Shown here piece by piece: positions 10,766 through 21,011 of a stretch of 64,000 nucleotides of DNA; position 1 is the first letter of the stretch, and every line of letters starts with the position of its first letter. This DNA comes from Escherichia phage 236Ecol005PP. The notes under the pieces are model-generated. The model had not been told where the DNA came from, searched no databases, and saw only the letters and a program-made list of their open reading frames with translations. The DNA is taken from sequence record PP434423.1; one strand, given 5' to 3'. Both the position numbers and the translations under genes were made by a program.

Positions 10766-11940
10766 TGAGTATGTTGCAACGCCCAGGATATCCAAATCTC
10801 AGCGTTAAATTATTTGATAGCTACGACGCTTGGAGTAATAATAGATTTGTTGAATTAGCTGCTACTATTACCACATTAACTATGCGGGATTCTCTTTATG
10901 GACGAAATGAAGGAATGCTGCAGTTTTATGATTCTAAAAACATCCATACAAAAATGGATGGAAATGAAATAATTCAGATTTCTGTAGCTAATGCAAATGA
11001 TATTAATAATGTTAAAACACGAATTTATGGATGTAAGCATTTTTCAGTGTCAGTAGATTCAAAAGGCGATAACATCATTGCTATTGAATTGGGAACTATT
11101 CATTCTATAGAAAATCTTAAATTTGGCAGACCGTTTTTCCCTGATGCAGGTGAATCTATAAAGGAAATGCTTGGCGTCATTTATCAAGACCGTACGCTAT
11201 TGACTCCAGCAATAAATGCTATAAATGCTTATGTTCCTGATATTCCGTGGACTAGTACATTTGAAAACTATTTGTCGTATGTCAGAGAAGTTGCTCTAGC
11301 TGTAGGAAGTGACAAATTTGTATTTGTGTGGCAAGACATCATGGGAGTTAACATGATGGACTATGATATGATGATAAATCAAGAACCATATCCAATGATT
11401 GTCGGTGAGCCATCTTTAATAGGTCAATTCATCCAAGAATTAAAATATCCATTAGCATATGATTTCGTTTGGTTGACTAAATCGAATCCTCACAAACGTG
11501 ACCCAATGAAAAATGCTACTATCTATGCACATTCATTTTTGGATTCTTCATTGCCAATGATTACTACAGGAAAGGGCGAAAACTCTATTGTAGTGTCAAG
11601 ATCAGGTGCTTATTCTGAAATGACTTATAGGAATGGGTATGAAGAAGCTATTCGTCTTCAAACTATGGCACAATACGATGGCTATGCTAAATGTTCTACT
11701 GTCGGTAATTTTAACTTGACACCTGGCGTTAAAATTATTTTTAACGATAGTAAAAACCAATTTAAAACAGAATTTTACGTTGATGAAGTCATCCATGAAT
11801 TATCAAATAATAATTCAGTAACTCATCTATATATGTTCACTAATGCAACGAAACTGGAAACAATAGACCCAGTTAAGGTTAAAAATGAATTTAAATCTGA
11901 TACTACCACTGAAGAAAGTAGTTCTTCCAATAAGCAATAA
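10765..11940 (+). CDS. 27: baseplate hub protein gp27
   Basis: 391-aa ORF, T4 gp27 length. Confidence 0.9.
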   Translation: MSMLQRPGYPNLSVKLFDSYDAWSNNRFVELAATITTLTMRDSLYGRNEGMLQFYDSKNIHTKMDGNEIIQISVANANDINNVKTRIYGCKHFSVSVDSKGDNIIAIELGTIHSIENLKFGRPFFPDAGESIKEMLGVIYQDRTLLTPAINAINAYVPDIPWTSTFENYLSYVREVALAVGSDKFVFVWQDIMGVNMMDYDMMINQEPYPMIVGEPSLIGQFIQELKYPLAYDFVWLTKSNPHKRDPMKNATIYAHSFLDSSLPMITTGKGENSIVVSRSGAYSEMTYRNGYEEAIRLQTMAQYDGYAKCSTVGNFNLTPGVKIIFNDSKNQFKTEFYVDEVIHELSNNNSVTHLYMFTNATKLETIDPVKVKNEFKSDTTTEESSSSNKQ

Positions 11941-12418
11941 AGAAGTTTCTATTCCTAAAATGGGTCTTAAACATTATAACATTTTAAAAGATGTTAAAGG
12001 TCCTGATGAAAATTTAAAACTTCTTATTGATTCTATTTGTCCGAATTTATCACCAGCAGAAGTTGATTTCGTTTCCATTCATTTATTGGAATTTAATGGA
12101 AAGATTAAATCTCGTAAAGAAATAGATAGTTATACTTATGACATTAATGATGTTTATGTATGCCAAAGATTAGAATTTCAATACCAAGGAAATACATTTT
12201 ATTTTAGACCGCCTGGAAAATTTGAACAATTTTTAACTGTGAGCGATATGTTATCCAAATGCTTGCTTAAGGTCAATGATGAAGTTAAAGAAATTAATTT
12301 TCTTGAGATGCCAGCATTCGTTTTAAAATGGGCAAATGATATTTTTACAACTTTAGCAATTCCTGGCCCTAATGGTCCAATAACCGGAATTGGCAATATT
12401 ATTGGATTATTTGAATGA
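11885..12418 (+). CDS. 28: baseplate hub distal protein gp28
   Basis: 177-aa ORF overlapping gp27 3' end. Confidence 0.8.
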   Translation: MNLNLILPLKKVVLPISNKEVSIPKMGLKHYNILKDVKGPDENLKLLIDSICPNLSPAEVDFVSIHLLEFNGKIKSRKEIDSYTYDINDVYVCQRLEFQYQGNTFYFRPPGKFEQFLTVSDMLSKCLLKVNDEVKEINFLEMPAFVLKWANDIFTTLAIPGPNGPITGIGNIIGLFE

Positions 12419-14187
12419 AAAAGCCACAAGAAATGCAAACGATGCGTAGAAAAGTTATTTCAGATAATAAACCAACACAGGAAGCGGCTAAATCCGCTTC
12501 TAACACTTTATCTGGACTTAACGATATATCTACGAAATTGGATGATGCTCAAGCTGCTTCTGAGTTAATTGCTCAAACTGTCGAAGAAAAATCGAATGAA
12601 ATAATTGGAGCAATTGACAACGTAGAAAGCGCAGTGAGTGATACTACCGCTGGTTCTGAGTTAATTGCTGAAACTGTTGAAATTGGCAATAATATTAATA
12701 AAGAAATCGGTGAATCACTCGGGAGCAAATTAGATAAATTAACAAGTTTACTAGAGCAAAAAATTCAGACAGCCGGAATTCAACAAACAGGAACTAGTTT
12801 AGCTACGGTTGAAAGCGCTATTCCTGTTAAAGTTGTTGAGGACGATACAGCTGAATCTGTGGGTCCTTTATTACCGGCTCCTGAAGCAGTTAATAATGAT
12901 CCTGATGCTGATTTTTTCCCTACCCCTCAGCCAGTTGAACCCAAACAAGAATCACCAGAAGAAAAACAGAAAAAAGACGCATTTAACTTAAAATTATCTC
13001 AAGCTTTAGATAAATTAACGAAGACTGTTGATTTTGGATTTAAGAAATCCATTTCAATTACTGATAAAATATCGAGCATGTTATTTAAGTATACTGTCAG
13101 TGCTGCTATTGAAGCTGCTAAAATGACTGCAATGATATTGGCTGTTGTTGTCGGAATAGATCTGTTGATGGTTCATTTCAAATATTGGTCAGATAAATTT
13201 TCGCAGGCTTGGGATTTGTTTAGTACAGACTTTACTAAATTCTCTAGCGAAACCGGAACATGGGGTCCTTTATTACAGAGCATCTTTGGTTCTATTGATA
13301 AAATTAAGAAGCTGTGGGAAGCTGGAGATTGGGGCGGATTGACAGCAGCTATTGTAGAAGGGCTTGGAAAGGTTCTTTTTAATTTAGGAGAGCTTATTCA
13401 ACTTGGTATGGCTAAATTATCTGCGGCAATTCTTCGAGTCATTCCTGGTATGAAGGATACTGCTGATGAAGTAGAAGGAAGAGCACTAGAAAATTTCCAA
13501 AATACTACAAATGCTTCTCTTAACAAAGAAGACCAAGAAAAAGTTGCAAACTATCAATATAAAAGAATGAATGGAGAACTTGGTCCGATAGCAAAAGGAC
13601 TCGACAAAATTGCGAACTGGAAAACTCGTGCATCTAACTGGATTCGTGGTGTTGATAATAAAGAAGCACTAACGACTGATGAAGAGAGAGCAGAGGAAGA
13701 AGAAAAATTAAAGCAACTTTCTCCGGAGGAAGCTAAAATTGCTTTAATGAAAGCTAATGAAGCTCGTGCTGCTATGAATCGTTTTGATGAATATGCTAAT
13801 TCAGCTGATATGAGTAAAGACTCAACAGTTAAATCAGTTGAAGCTGCCTATGAAGACCTTAAAAAACGGATGGATGACCCGGATTTAAATAATTCACCGG
13901 CAGTTAAAAAAGAACTTGCTGCTAGATTTTCTAAAATTGATGCTACTTATCAAGAGCTCAAGAAAAATCAGCCTAATGCCAAACCTCAAACTTCTGCTAA
14001 ATCGCCAGAAGCAAAACAAGTCCAGGTAATAGAAAAGAACAAAGCGCAACAAGCTCCTGTTCAACAAGCATCTCCTTCGATCAATAATACTAATAATGTT
14101 GTTAAGAAAAATACTGTCGTTCATAATATGACACCCGTAACGAGCACGACTGCTCCTGGTGTATTTGATGCGACTGGAGTTAATTAA
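12415..14187 (+). CDS. 29: tail tube initiator / tape measure protein gp29
   Basis: 590-aa ORF, synteny. Confidence 0.9.
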   Translation: MKKPQEMQTMRRKVISDNKPTQEAAKSASNTLSGLNDISTKLDDAQAASELIAQTVEEKSNEIIGAIDNVESAVSDTTAGSELIAETVEIGNNINKEIGESLGSKLDKLTSLLEQKIQTAGIQQTGTSLATVESAIPVKVVEDDTAESVGPLLPAPEAVNNDPDADFFPTPQPVEPKQESPEEKQKKDAFNLKLSQALDKLTKTVDFGFKKSISITDKISSMLFKYTVSAAIEAAKMTAMILAVVVGIDLLMVHFKYWSDKFSQAWDLFSTDFTKFSSETGTWGPLLQSIFGSIDKIKKLWEAGDWGGLTAAIVEGLGKVLFNLGELIQLGMAKLSAAILRVIPGMKDTADEVEGRALENFQNTTNASLNKEDQEKVANYQYKRMNGELGPIAKGLDKIANWKTRASNWIRGVDNKEALTTDEERAEEEEKLKQLSPEEAKIALMKANEARAAMNRFDEYANSADMSKDSTVKSVEAAYEDLKKRMDDPDLNNSPAVKKELAARFSKIDATYQELKKNQPNAKPQTSAKSPEAKQVQVIEKNKAQQAPVQQASPSINNTNNVVKKNTVVHNMTPVTSTTAPGVFDATGVN

Positions 14188-14195
14188 GGAATAAT

Positions 14196-15290
14196 ATGGC
14201 AATTGTTAAAGAAATAACTGCTGATTTAATTAAAAAGTCCGGTGAGAAAATTTCAGCCGGACAGAGTACTAAATCAGAAGTAGCAACTAAAACATACACT
14301 GCCCAGTTTCCAACTGGGCGTGCTAGTGGTAATGACACTACAGGGGACTTCCAGGTAACAGATCTATATAAGAATGGATTATTATTTACTGCATACAATA
14401 TGTCATCTAGGGATTCTGGAAGTCTTAGATCGATGAGATCTAACTACTCTTCTTCATCTTCGAGTATTTTAAGTACAGCTAGAAACACTATTAGTAGTAC
14501 AGTATCAAAACTATCAAATGGATTAATATCAAACAATAATTCAGGAACAATAAGTAAAGCTCCTGTGGCAAATATTCTTTTACCGAGATCTAAATCTGAT
14601 GTTGATACATCATCACATAGATTTAATGATGTTCAAGAAAGTCTTATCAGCAGAGGCGGAGGTACTGCTACTGGTGTGCTAAGTAATATTGCTTCAACTG
14701 CAGTGTTTGGGGCACTGGAAAGTATAACGCAAGGTATAATGGCTGATAATAATGAACAGATTTATACAACAGCCAGAAGTATGTATGGTGGTGCTGAGAA
14801 TAGAACTAAAGTGTTTACATGGGATTTGACTCCACGTTCAACAGAAGATTTAATGGCTATTATTAATATCTATCAATATTTTAACTATTTTTCTTATGGC
14901 GAAACAGGTAAATCTCAATACGCTGCTGAAATAAAGGGGTATTTGGATGATTGGTATCGTTCTACGTTAATTGAACCTTTATCTCCGGAAGACGCAGCTA
15001 AAAATAAAACACTATTTGAGAAAATGACAGCAAGTTTAACGAACGTTCTAGTAGTTTCAAACCCGACAGTTTGGATGGTGAAAAACTTTGGTGCAACATC
15101 TAAGTTTGATGGAAAAACGGAAATATTTGGCCCATGTCAAATACAGAGCATTAGATTTGATAAAACGCCTAACGGTAACTTTAATGGATTAGCTATTGCT
15201 CCAAACCTCTCTAGTACATTTACTCTTGAGATTACTATGAGAGAAATTATCACGTTAAACCGTGCTTCTTTATATGCGGGGACTTTTTAA
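14196..15290 (+). CDS. 48: baseplate-tail tube junction protein gp48
   Basis: 364-aa ORF, synteny. Confidence 0.9.
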   Translation: MAIVKEITADLIKKSGEKISAGQSTKSEVATKTYTAQFPTGRASGNDTTGDFQVTDLYKNGLLFTAYNMSSRDSGSLRSMRSNYSSSSSSILSTARNTISSTVSKLSNGLISNNNSGTISKAPVANILLPRSKSDVDTSSHRFNDVQESLISRGGGTATGVLSNIASTAVFGALESITQGIMADNNEQIYTTARSMYGGAENRTKVFTWDLTPRSTEDLMAIINIYQYFNYFSYGETGKSQYAAEIKGYLDDWYRSTLIEPLSPEDAAKNKTLFEKMTASLTNVLVVSNPTVWMVKNFGATSKFDGKTEIFGPCQIQSIRFDKTPNGNFNGLAIAPNLSSTFTLEITMREIITLNRASLYAGTF

Positions 15291-16255
15291 TGTATTCTTT
15301 AGAGGAATTTAATAATCAAGCAATAAACGCAGATTTCCAACGTAATAATATGTTTAGCTGCGTTTTTGCGACAACTCCATCAACTAAAAGCTCTTCGTTG
15401 ATAAGTTCAATTAGCAACTTTTCTTATAATAACTTGGGCCTAAATTCAAATTGGTTAGGATTAACTCAAGGTGATATTAATCAGGGAATTACCACGCTAA
15501 TTACAGCTGGCACACAAAAACTAATAAGAAAATCAGGAGTCAGTAAATATCTCATTGGTGCCATGAGTCAACGTACTGTCCAGAGTTTATTAGGCTCATT
15601 TACAGTTGGTACATATTTAATTGACTTCTTTAACATGGCATATAACTCATCTGGATTGATGATATACTCTGTAAAAATGCCAGAGAATAGATTATCCTAT
15701 GAAACTGACTGGAACTATAATTCTCCTAATATTCGTATAACTGGGAGAGAATTAGACCCTTTGGTTATTTCATTTAGAATGGATTCAGAAGCTTGTAACT
15801 ATCGTGCAATGCAAGACTGGGTTAACGCTGTTCAAGACCCAGTAACTGGATTGCGTGCTTTGCCACAAGATGTCGAGGCAGATATTCAGGTTAATCTTCA
15901 TTCTCGCAATGGATTGCCTCATACTGCGGTGATGTTCACCGGATGCATTCCAATATCAGTGAGCGCTCCTGAGCTATCATATGATGGAGATAACCAAATA
16001 ACTACATTTGATGTTACTTTTGCGTACAGAGTGATGCAGGCTGGAGCAGTTGATAGGCAAGCTGCGCTTGAATGGCTTGAATCTGCTGCTATAAATGGTA
16101 TTCAAAGCGTTCTCGGAAATAGTGGAGGTGTTACTGGACTATCTAATTCGCTTTCACGACTTAGTAGATTAGGAGGAACTGCGGGAAGCATTTCAAACAT
16201 TAATACTATGACGGGAATTGTCAACTCGCAAAGTAAAATATTAGGAGCAATATAA
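15290..16255 (+). CDS. 54: baseplate-tail tube initiator gp54
   Basis: 321-aa ORF, synteny. Confidence 0.9.
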   Translation: MYSLEEFNNQAINADFQRNNMFSCVFATTPSTKSSSLISSISNFSYNNLGLNSNWLGLTQGDINQGITTLITAGTQKLIRKSGVSKYLIGAMSQRTVQSLLGSFTVGTYLIDFFNMAYNSSGLMIYSVKMPENRLSYETDWNYNSPNIRITGRELDPLVISFRMDSEACNYRAMQDWVNAVQDPVTGLRALPQDVEADIQVNLHSRNGLPHTAVMFTGCIPISVSAPELSYDGDNQITTFDVTFAYRVMQAGAVDRQAALEWLESAAINGIQSVLGNSGGVTGLSNSLSRLSRLGGTAGSISNINTMTGIVNSQSKILGAI

Positions 16256-16257
16256 CA

Positions 16258-16286
16258 ATGGGGACCTTTCGGTCCCCATATTTTTA
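16258..16286. terminator. hairpin terminator between convergent genes 54 and alt.-3
   Basis: GGGGACC-TTTC-GGTCCCC followed by T-run. Confidence 0.6.
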
Positions 16287-16574
16287 TTTACGGAATGAAA
16301 TAAAAGCAGCAACTGAAGCAACTAAACTGTCTTCAATATAAACTTCAATTTTTACCGGAGCTTCTGACTCAAATTTACCTGTTACTACACCTTGGAAAAT
16401 ACTTTCAGTCTGTTCTGGCTTTGAAAAATTTTCAGAAGGAAAAATTCCGAACTTTTTATCTGTTCCAAAAATTTTGATAAATTCATCATAAACTGCTTCA
16501 TTAAAAGCATTATCAGCAGGAATAACGCCTTCAACTACAAGTTCTTGACCTAAAAAGCGCAAAGAAGATTTCAT
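16284..16574 (-). CDS. alt.-3: hypothetical protein (T4 alt.-3 position)
   Basis: 96-aa ORF downstream of an early-type promoter. Confidence 0.55.
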   Translation of the reverse strand: MKSSLRFLGQELVVEGVIPADNAFNEAVYDEFIKIFGTDKKFGIFPSENFSKPEQTESIFQGVVTGKFESEAPVKIEVYIEDSLVASVAAFISFRK

Positions 16575-16582
16575 TTTGTGTT

Positions 16583-16635
16583 CCTCATGTTATGTCAGTA
16601 AGATTACTATAACACAACATGAGGGACTTGTAAAC
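16583..16635 (-). promoter_or_regulatory. T4-type early promoter (GTTTACA, 17 nt, TATAGT) with leader hairpin
   Basis: sequence motif; near-identical copy at 30438-30490 upstream of alc. Confidence 0.55.
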
Positions 16636-16810
16636 TACATTTTGAACTTTTTAGTACGCGTAATAGGCATGCGTCGATTTTATACTGTTTCATTGTTTGA
16701 AGAGCAGTATCAAAAACAGCATTAATGACACCAATTGGATTTCCGCCCAAGTTTTTAAGCTTAACTAATGATAGTTTCTCATTAACACCTATCATTACGA
16801 TATGCATCAT
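16607..16810 (-). CDS. alt.-2: truncated Alt-like fragment (matches Alt residues about 64-120)
   Basis: 67-aa ORF with clear similarity to the alt N-terminal region of this same window. Confidence 0.55.
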   Translation of the reverse strand: MMHIVMIGVNEKLSLVKLKNLGGNPIGVINAVFDTALQTMKQYKIDACLLRVLKSSKCSLQVPHVVL

Positions 16811-16992
16811 TTTATCGCCCGGCTTAACGTTTTATTCGTATCACCGCCAGAGGTGTATGTACAAAATCTAAATCCAGGAAGCACACTTTCTTCACCGGCT
16901 TGAATAGCAAAAATTTGAGGTATTTTATGCTTAGGATTTAAGTTAACAACCGGCGCCGAAGCGCCGTCAAATAATTCTGTAATAAGTTCCAT
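16807..16992 (-). CDS. alt.-1: truncated Alt-like fragment (matches Alt residues about 2-57)
   Basis: 61-aa ORF beginning MELITELFD, the same N-terminus as alt. Confidence 0.55.
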   Translation of the reverse strand: MELITELFDGASAPVVNLNPKHKIPQIFAIQAGEESVLPGFRFCTYTSGGDTNKTLSRAIK

Positions 16993-16995
16993 GAT

Positions 16996-19044
16996 TTATC
17001 CTTGAACGAACTTGTAAGGCATGTTTGCAATATCTATGCAAGACGCAATAATTCCAAGAGATGATTCTGCTTTCTGTTTAACATTTGATGAAACAAACGA
17101 TGCAAAGTCAACTCTATCTTCTATATCACCTGTCATTGTAACCAATTCACCAGTTTCCATTAAACGGTCACCGTCATAAATTACCGATTCGGTGAGTTCT
17201 TCTGTGGTCATAACTTCAGCTTGAATAAGCTTGTTGTTAGTTCTAACTGTTCCATCGTTGTAAGATGCATCAGTTATTTTATTAACTTTGACCATTAATC
17301 CACGTGGCAAAATGACTTCCATTTCATTTGAAGGCGCTAAACTTCCACCGGGTAAAACAACATTGACTTTATCAGCCCCAGTAATAACCCATCCAATTCC
17401 AACTAAATTATCGCTAGAATTTACAAGTCCTTCATCAGTTTTATCAATAGAAACACTTAAACGCTTTTCGTCTGGTAAAACACCCACAGATGAATCAGTC
17501 ATCCAAGTACCAAAAATATTTGGATATAATGATGTTGACACAAAGTTTCTAAAATAAAAAACTCGATTTTTTACCATTGCTTCGTATATTGAAGGTAACA
17601 TTCGTTGTGAACGATACAAAGTAATACCTTTTGGTAATCGTTCACCATTTTTAAAGGCTGAATCTAAATTATCAATGGCTTGTTCTATTTCAGGTGCTGT
17701 TAAAATACTTGTACGCTCATCTGGATTATATAATCCCAAAAGAGCATTATTCATGTCTACATATCCTGAACCTACATATTCACGAATTCCGCGTTTTTGC
17801 GCTGGTGTGTATTTAGATGAATCTTTATTTTCGACTATAGGATGTAATGACCATCCAGCGGTAAGAGCATATCCACGTAATTCTCTTCGAATAATCTTTG
17901 TTTTTATTGCATTCCAAGAATTTTGTACTAACTCATTTGCAGCATCTTGGTTTAAATGCGAATGTCTGTTAATATTTCTTTCAAACCAAGCACCTTTATA
18001 TTTTTCTAAAGTATCATCGACGATAGAAGCAATAGTTTCTAAAGTTTTTATTGAAGTAATAGATTCTTTTCGTAATTTTTCTAAAGCTTTATTTTTTATT
18101 TCTGCATTAATAATGGATTCTTTATCTTCAGGAATTATAGAAGCTTCTCTGAATGCCATCCCAGCTGTAACACTGCTAAGAGCATTCTCTAATGCAAATC
18201 CTGAAGTAGAAATAACAGTTAATTCGTTAGCATCAGAAATTAAAGGCGCGTCGGCGGGTTTATTTAATTCTGCTGCTGAAGCCTCAAATTTTTGAAACAT
18301 TGGTGTTTCAAATCTAGAAGATTCCAATGACTGACTTTGTGCAATTGCTCTACGGGAAATTTTAACTTTAACAATAACAGCTTGGTCAGAACGTTTATCA
18401 TTTTCTTGCGCAATAGATGCAGCAATTGCCTCATTTTTAGTTACTTGAGCTCCAGTATCTTTATTGATATAAACATCACCGACCTTCGATTCAACTTTAG
18501 TAAAGAGCTCGGTGCTAATTTCCGGAACTCCTGGAATGTCTTCTAGTGATACATTTTTGCGATGTATAAGAATATATGCATACTTTTTATCGTAATCCCA
18601 GAGTTCCTTAAGAAGGACGTATCTGCCACCTGAACGACTGCGGATAAGTCTATCAGCAATAACTTGAATTTGTCGAGCTTGACCAGCAGTTTTAGACTTA
18701 AGAATACGAAGCATGCAGGCATCAATTTTATACTGACGCATCGTTTGCATCGCAACAGTAAAAACTGAATTGATGTAATTAATTGGGCTTGGACCGAGAC
18801 CTTTTAATTTAGCAATTGAACCTTTAGCAGTTAATGTAAAAGGAACGATGTGCATCATTTTATCGCCCATCTTTAAATCACGGTTAGTATCACCTCCAGA
18901 TGTATAAGTACATAAACGAAAGCCTGGTTGTTCTATTGCGTCATCAACATGAACTGAAAAAATTTGTGGTATTTTCTTCTTTGGATACAAATTTGTAATC
19001 GGAAGAGTAGTATTTTCGTCAAATAATTCTGTAATAAGTTCCAT
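16996..19044 (-). CDS. alt: Alt ADP-ribosyltransferase (packaged into capsid)
   Basis: 682/683-aa ORF; second ATG at 19044 has better RBS spacing; T4 Alt length. Confidence 0.9.
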   Translation of the reverse strand: MELITELFDENTTLPITNLYPKKKIPQIFSVHVDDAIEQPGFRLCTYTSGGDTNRDLKMGDKMMHIVPFTLTAKGSIAKLKGLGPSPINYINSVFTVAMQTMRQYKIDACMLRILKSKTAGQARQIQVIADRLIRSRSGGRYVLLKELWDYDKKYAYILIHRKNVSLEDIPGVPEISTELFTKVESKVGDVYINKDTGAQVTKNEAIAASIAQENDKRSDQAVIVKVKISRRAIAQSQSLESSRFETPMFQKFEASAAELNKPADAPLISDANELTVISTSGFALENALSSVTAGMAFREASIIPEDKESIINAEIKNKALEKLRKESITSIKTLETIASIVDDTLEKYKGAWFERNINRHSHLNQDAANELVQNSWNAIKTKIIRRELRGYALTAGWSLHPIVENKDSSKYTPAQKRGIREYVGSGYVDMNNALLGLYNPDERTSILTAPEIEQAIDNLDSAFKNGERLPKGITLYRSQRMLPSIYEAMVKNRVFYFRNFVSTSLYPNIFGTWMTDSSVGVLPDEKRLSVSIDKTDEGLVNSSDNLVGIGWVITGADKVNVVLPGGSLAPSNEMEVILPRGLMVKVNKITDASYNDGTVRTNNKLIQAEVMTTEELTESVIYDGDRLMETGELVTMTGDIEDRVDFASFVSSNVKQKAESSLGIIASCIDIANMPYKFVQG

Positions 19045-19067
19045 CATATCCTCTCTAGTGTTTATTC

Positions 19068-19075
19068 TATTTATA
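19068..19075 (-). promoter_or_regulatory. late promoter TATAAATA for alt
   Basis: exact motif on minus strand about 21 nt upstream of alt start. Confidence 0.55.
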
Positions 19076-19096
19076 AAATTAAAGGCCCGAAGGCCT

Positions 19097-19285
19097 TTAA
19101 TAATCTAATGGTAAGAGAGTACGATATATTTCAAACTTTGGCCCTTTTTCATAGGCATCAAATGTTTCTGAAAATTTATTATAAGCATATGCATCTACAA
19201 ATTCGAGAATGATTTGTGATACAGAAGTAGAAACATCTCCACCTTCTTTTTGAGCAATGACAATTGTTTCTAAGTAAGCTTTCAT
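19097..19285 (-). CDS. hypothetical protein
   Basis: 62-aa ORF between gene 30 and alt with start overlapping gene 30 stop. Confidence 0.45.
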   Translation of the reverse strand: MKAYLETIVIAQKEGGDVSTSVSQIILEFVDAYAYNKFSETFDAYEKGPKFEIYRTLLPLDY

Positions 19286-20745
19286 AGACCAGTTACCTCA
19301 TGAAAATCGCCAAATACATCCTCGAATGTATTAGCTTTAGTTTTATCTTCACGTAAACGAATCGCAATCGGAAGAAATAATTTAACGTAATCAGTGCGGC
19401 CATCAGATTTTAACCAACCATTGCATTCGCACTCTAGAATTTTTCCAATATAATAATTTTGGTTTTCCATAATGCGAGTACGGTCAAGTTCATGCGATTT
19501 TACACCGGCTTTATCTTTTAAGCCTGAACCAGCATTTACTTTAATTTTTCCACACTCTGACTCAAGAATAAATCCACCTGCTTTAGTAGGGTCTTTACGG
19601 TGAGGATAAATTCCTACAATTTTTAAATCAACATCAATTACTTCTTTAAATTTATAGAGATTTTTTGAACGAGCATTTTCCCATAATCCATCGATATTTT
19701 TGAGAATAATACCTTCAAGACCTTGGTCAATATACTTTTTATAAATTACCTTAGCTTCATCTAGGTTATTTACTACCTGGTTTTCAATTAAAATTACTTT
19801 ATCATAGCCTGATGTCATTTGTTCTAGTTTAGAAAAACGTACATCATATTTCAAACGAAATGCAGGAAGACCGTATATTTCTACCAACGGGACATAATCC
19901 CAGACCTGAAACTTCATGCATTGAGCTTCTTTTTCAGAAATGGTTCCCTTTAAAGATTTATTGGCGATGCCATTAGATGCAGTACGTGATTCAGCTACTT
20001 CTGTGAAGTCTTTAACTTTGCTGTTTTCAGGATGAGCATCAAAAAGAAAATCTAGGCCTTCTGGCTCCTTTTTAACTTGCTCATGGTATACCAATTCGCC
20101 ATCAATTAACACACCTTCTGGATGAATCTGGCGGGCTTCAGCAGTCATTTTGATTAACTCTTCCTTAAGAAGATCTAATCCTAGATATTCATTACCGGCT
20201 CGTGATAAAAGACGAACATCATCTAATTCATCACCTCGGACTTCAGCAAAACACCGAGCTCCATCTGCTTTTAACTGTGCAAAGGCTGGAAACTTAATAT
20301 TCTTATTAATGCCTTTTTCATCATAAGAACTTGCCAGCATTTGAGGTTGTTCAGGAATTAAACCTGACCAAACTTTGTTTGCAATAGATACTGAAGCACC
20401 GCATTCAAGGTCTCGCATCATAACTCGACGCAAAACTTCAACATCATTCTTTTTACCATCAGTGATATATCCAGTCAATTCCTCAATTGCAGCATTTCCA
20501 GTCAATTTCCGAGTAGCTAATGTGAATTCAATGAAGTCAAGCATATCGGTAAGAGTCAACATTCCAAAACTCTGGGTAGTAATACCAGGTTTAGGCCATT
20601 TCTTGATATAATACTGCAACCCACGAGAATAAGTCAGACGATATACTCGTTTAAGCAATTCATTATCTTTATTCTTTTCAAGAATTGCTTGCTTCTGCTT
20701 AGTTGAACCAATAGATGCTATTTCGTTCAGAATTTTAAGAATCAT
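19282..20745 (-). CDS. 30: ATP-dependent DNA ligase gp30
   Basis: 487-aa ORF with ligase adenylation motif (KADGAR). Confidence 0.9.
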   Translation of the reverse strand: MILKILNEIASIGSTKQKQAILEKNKDNELLKRVYRLTYSRGLQYYIKKWPKPGITTQSFGMLTLTDMLDFIEFTLATRKLTGNAAIEELTGYITDGKKNDVEVLRRVMMRDLECGASVSIANKVWSGLIPEQPQMLASSYDEKGINKNIKFPAFAQLKADGARCFAEVRGDELDDVRLLSRAGNEYLGLDLLKEELIKMTAEARQIHPEGVLIDGELVYHEQVKKEPEGLDFLFDAHPENSKVKDFTEVAESRTASNGIANKSLKGTISEKEAQCMKFQVWDYVPLVEIYGLPAFRLKYDVRFSKLEQMTSGYDKVILIENQVVNNLDEAKVIYKKYIDQGLEGIILKNIDGLWENARSKNLYKFKEVIDVDLKIVGIYPHRKDPTKAGGFILESECGKIKVNAGSGLKDKAGVKSHELDRTRIMENQNYYIGKILECECNGWLKSDGRTDYVKLFLPIAIRLREDKTKANTFEDVFGDFHEVTGL

Positions 20746-21011
20746 TATTCATCCTTCAGAGTTTGGTTTACAGCTCTATTATAAATCAATTCATCATTAA
20801 GCTCAGTCAAAGACTTATGATATGTGGTTCTAACTTTATTTCCTTGCATCCAGTGCTTGATATAAATGAAACCTTGCTCTACACATTTTTTAAAAATTCG
20901 TTCGTCTTTTTGAGCTCGGAACTCTGGATTGCATCTAAAAAATTGATTTACGTGACCGTAATCACGTGTAGTATTACCTTCATTTTCATAAATAGTGTGA
21001 ACAACAAACAT
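20745..21011 (-). CDS. 30.1: hypothetical protein
   Basis: 88-aa ORF, synteny. Confidence 0.55.
   Translation of the reverse strand: MFVVHTIYENEGNTTRDYGHVNQFFRCNPEFRAQKDERIFKKCVEQGFIYIKHWMQGNKVRTTYHKSLTELNDELIYNRAVNQTLKDE

Noticed and set aside
17675-18295. 206-aa plus-strand ORF inside alt, and similar antisense ORFs inside genes 32, inh, gp29 and gp37
   Set aside because: They lie entirely within and opposite to well-supported genes, lack RBSs and have skewed composition typical of shadow ORFs.
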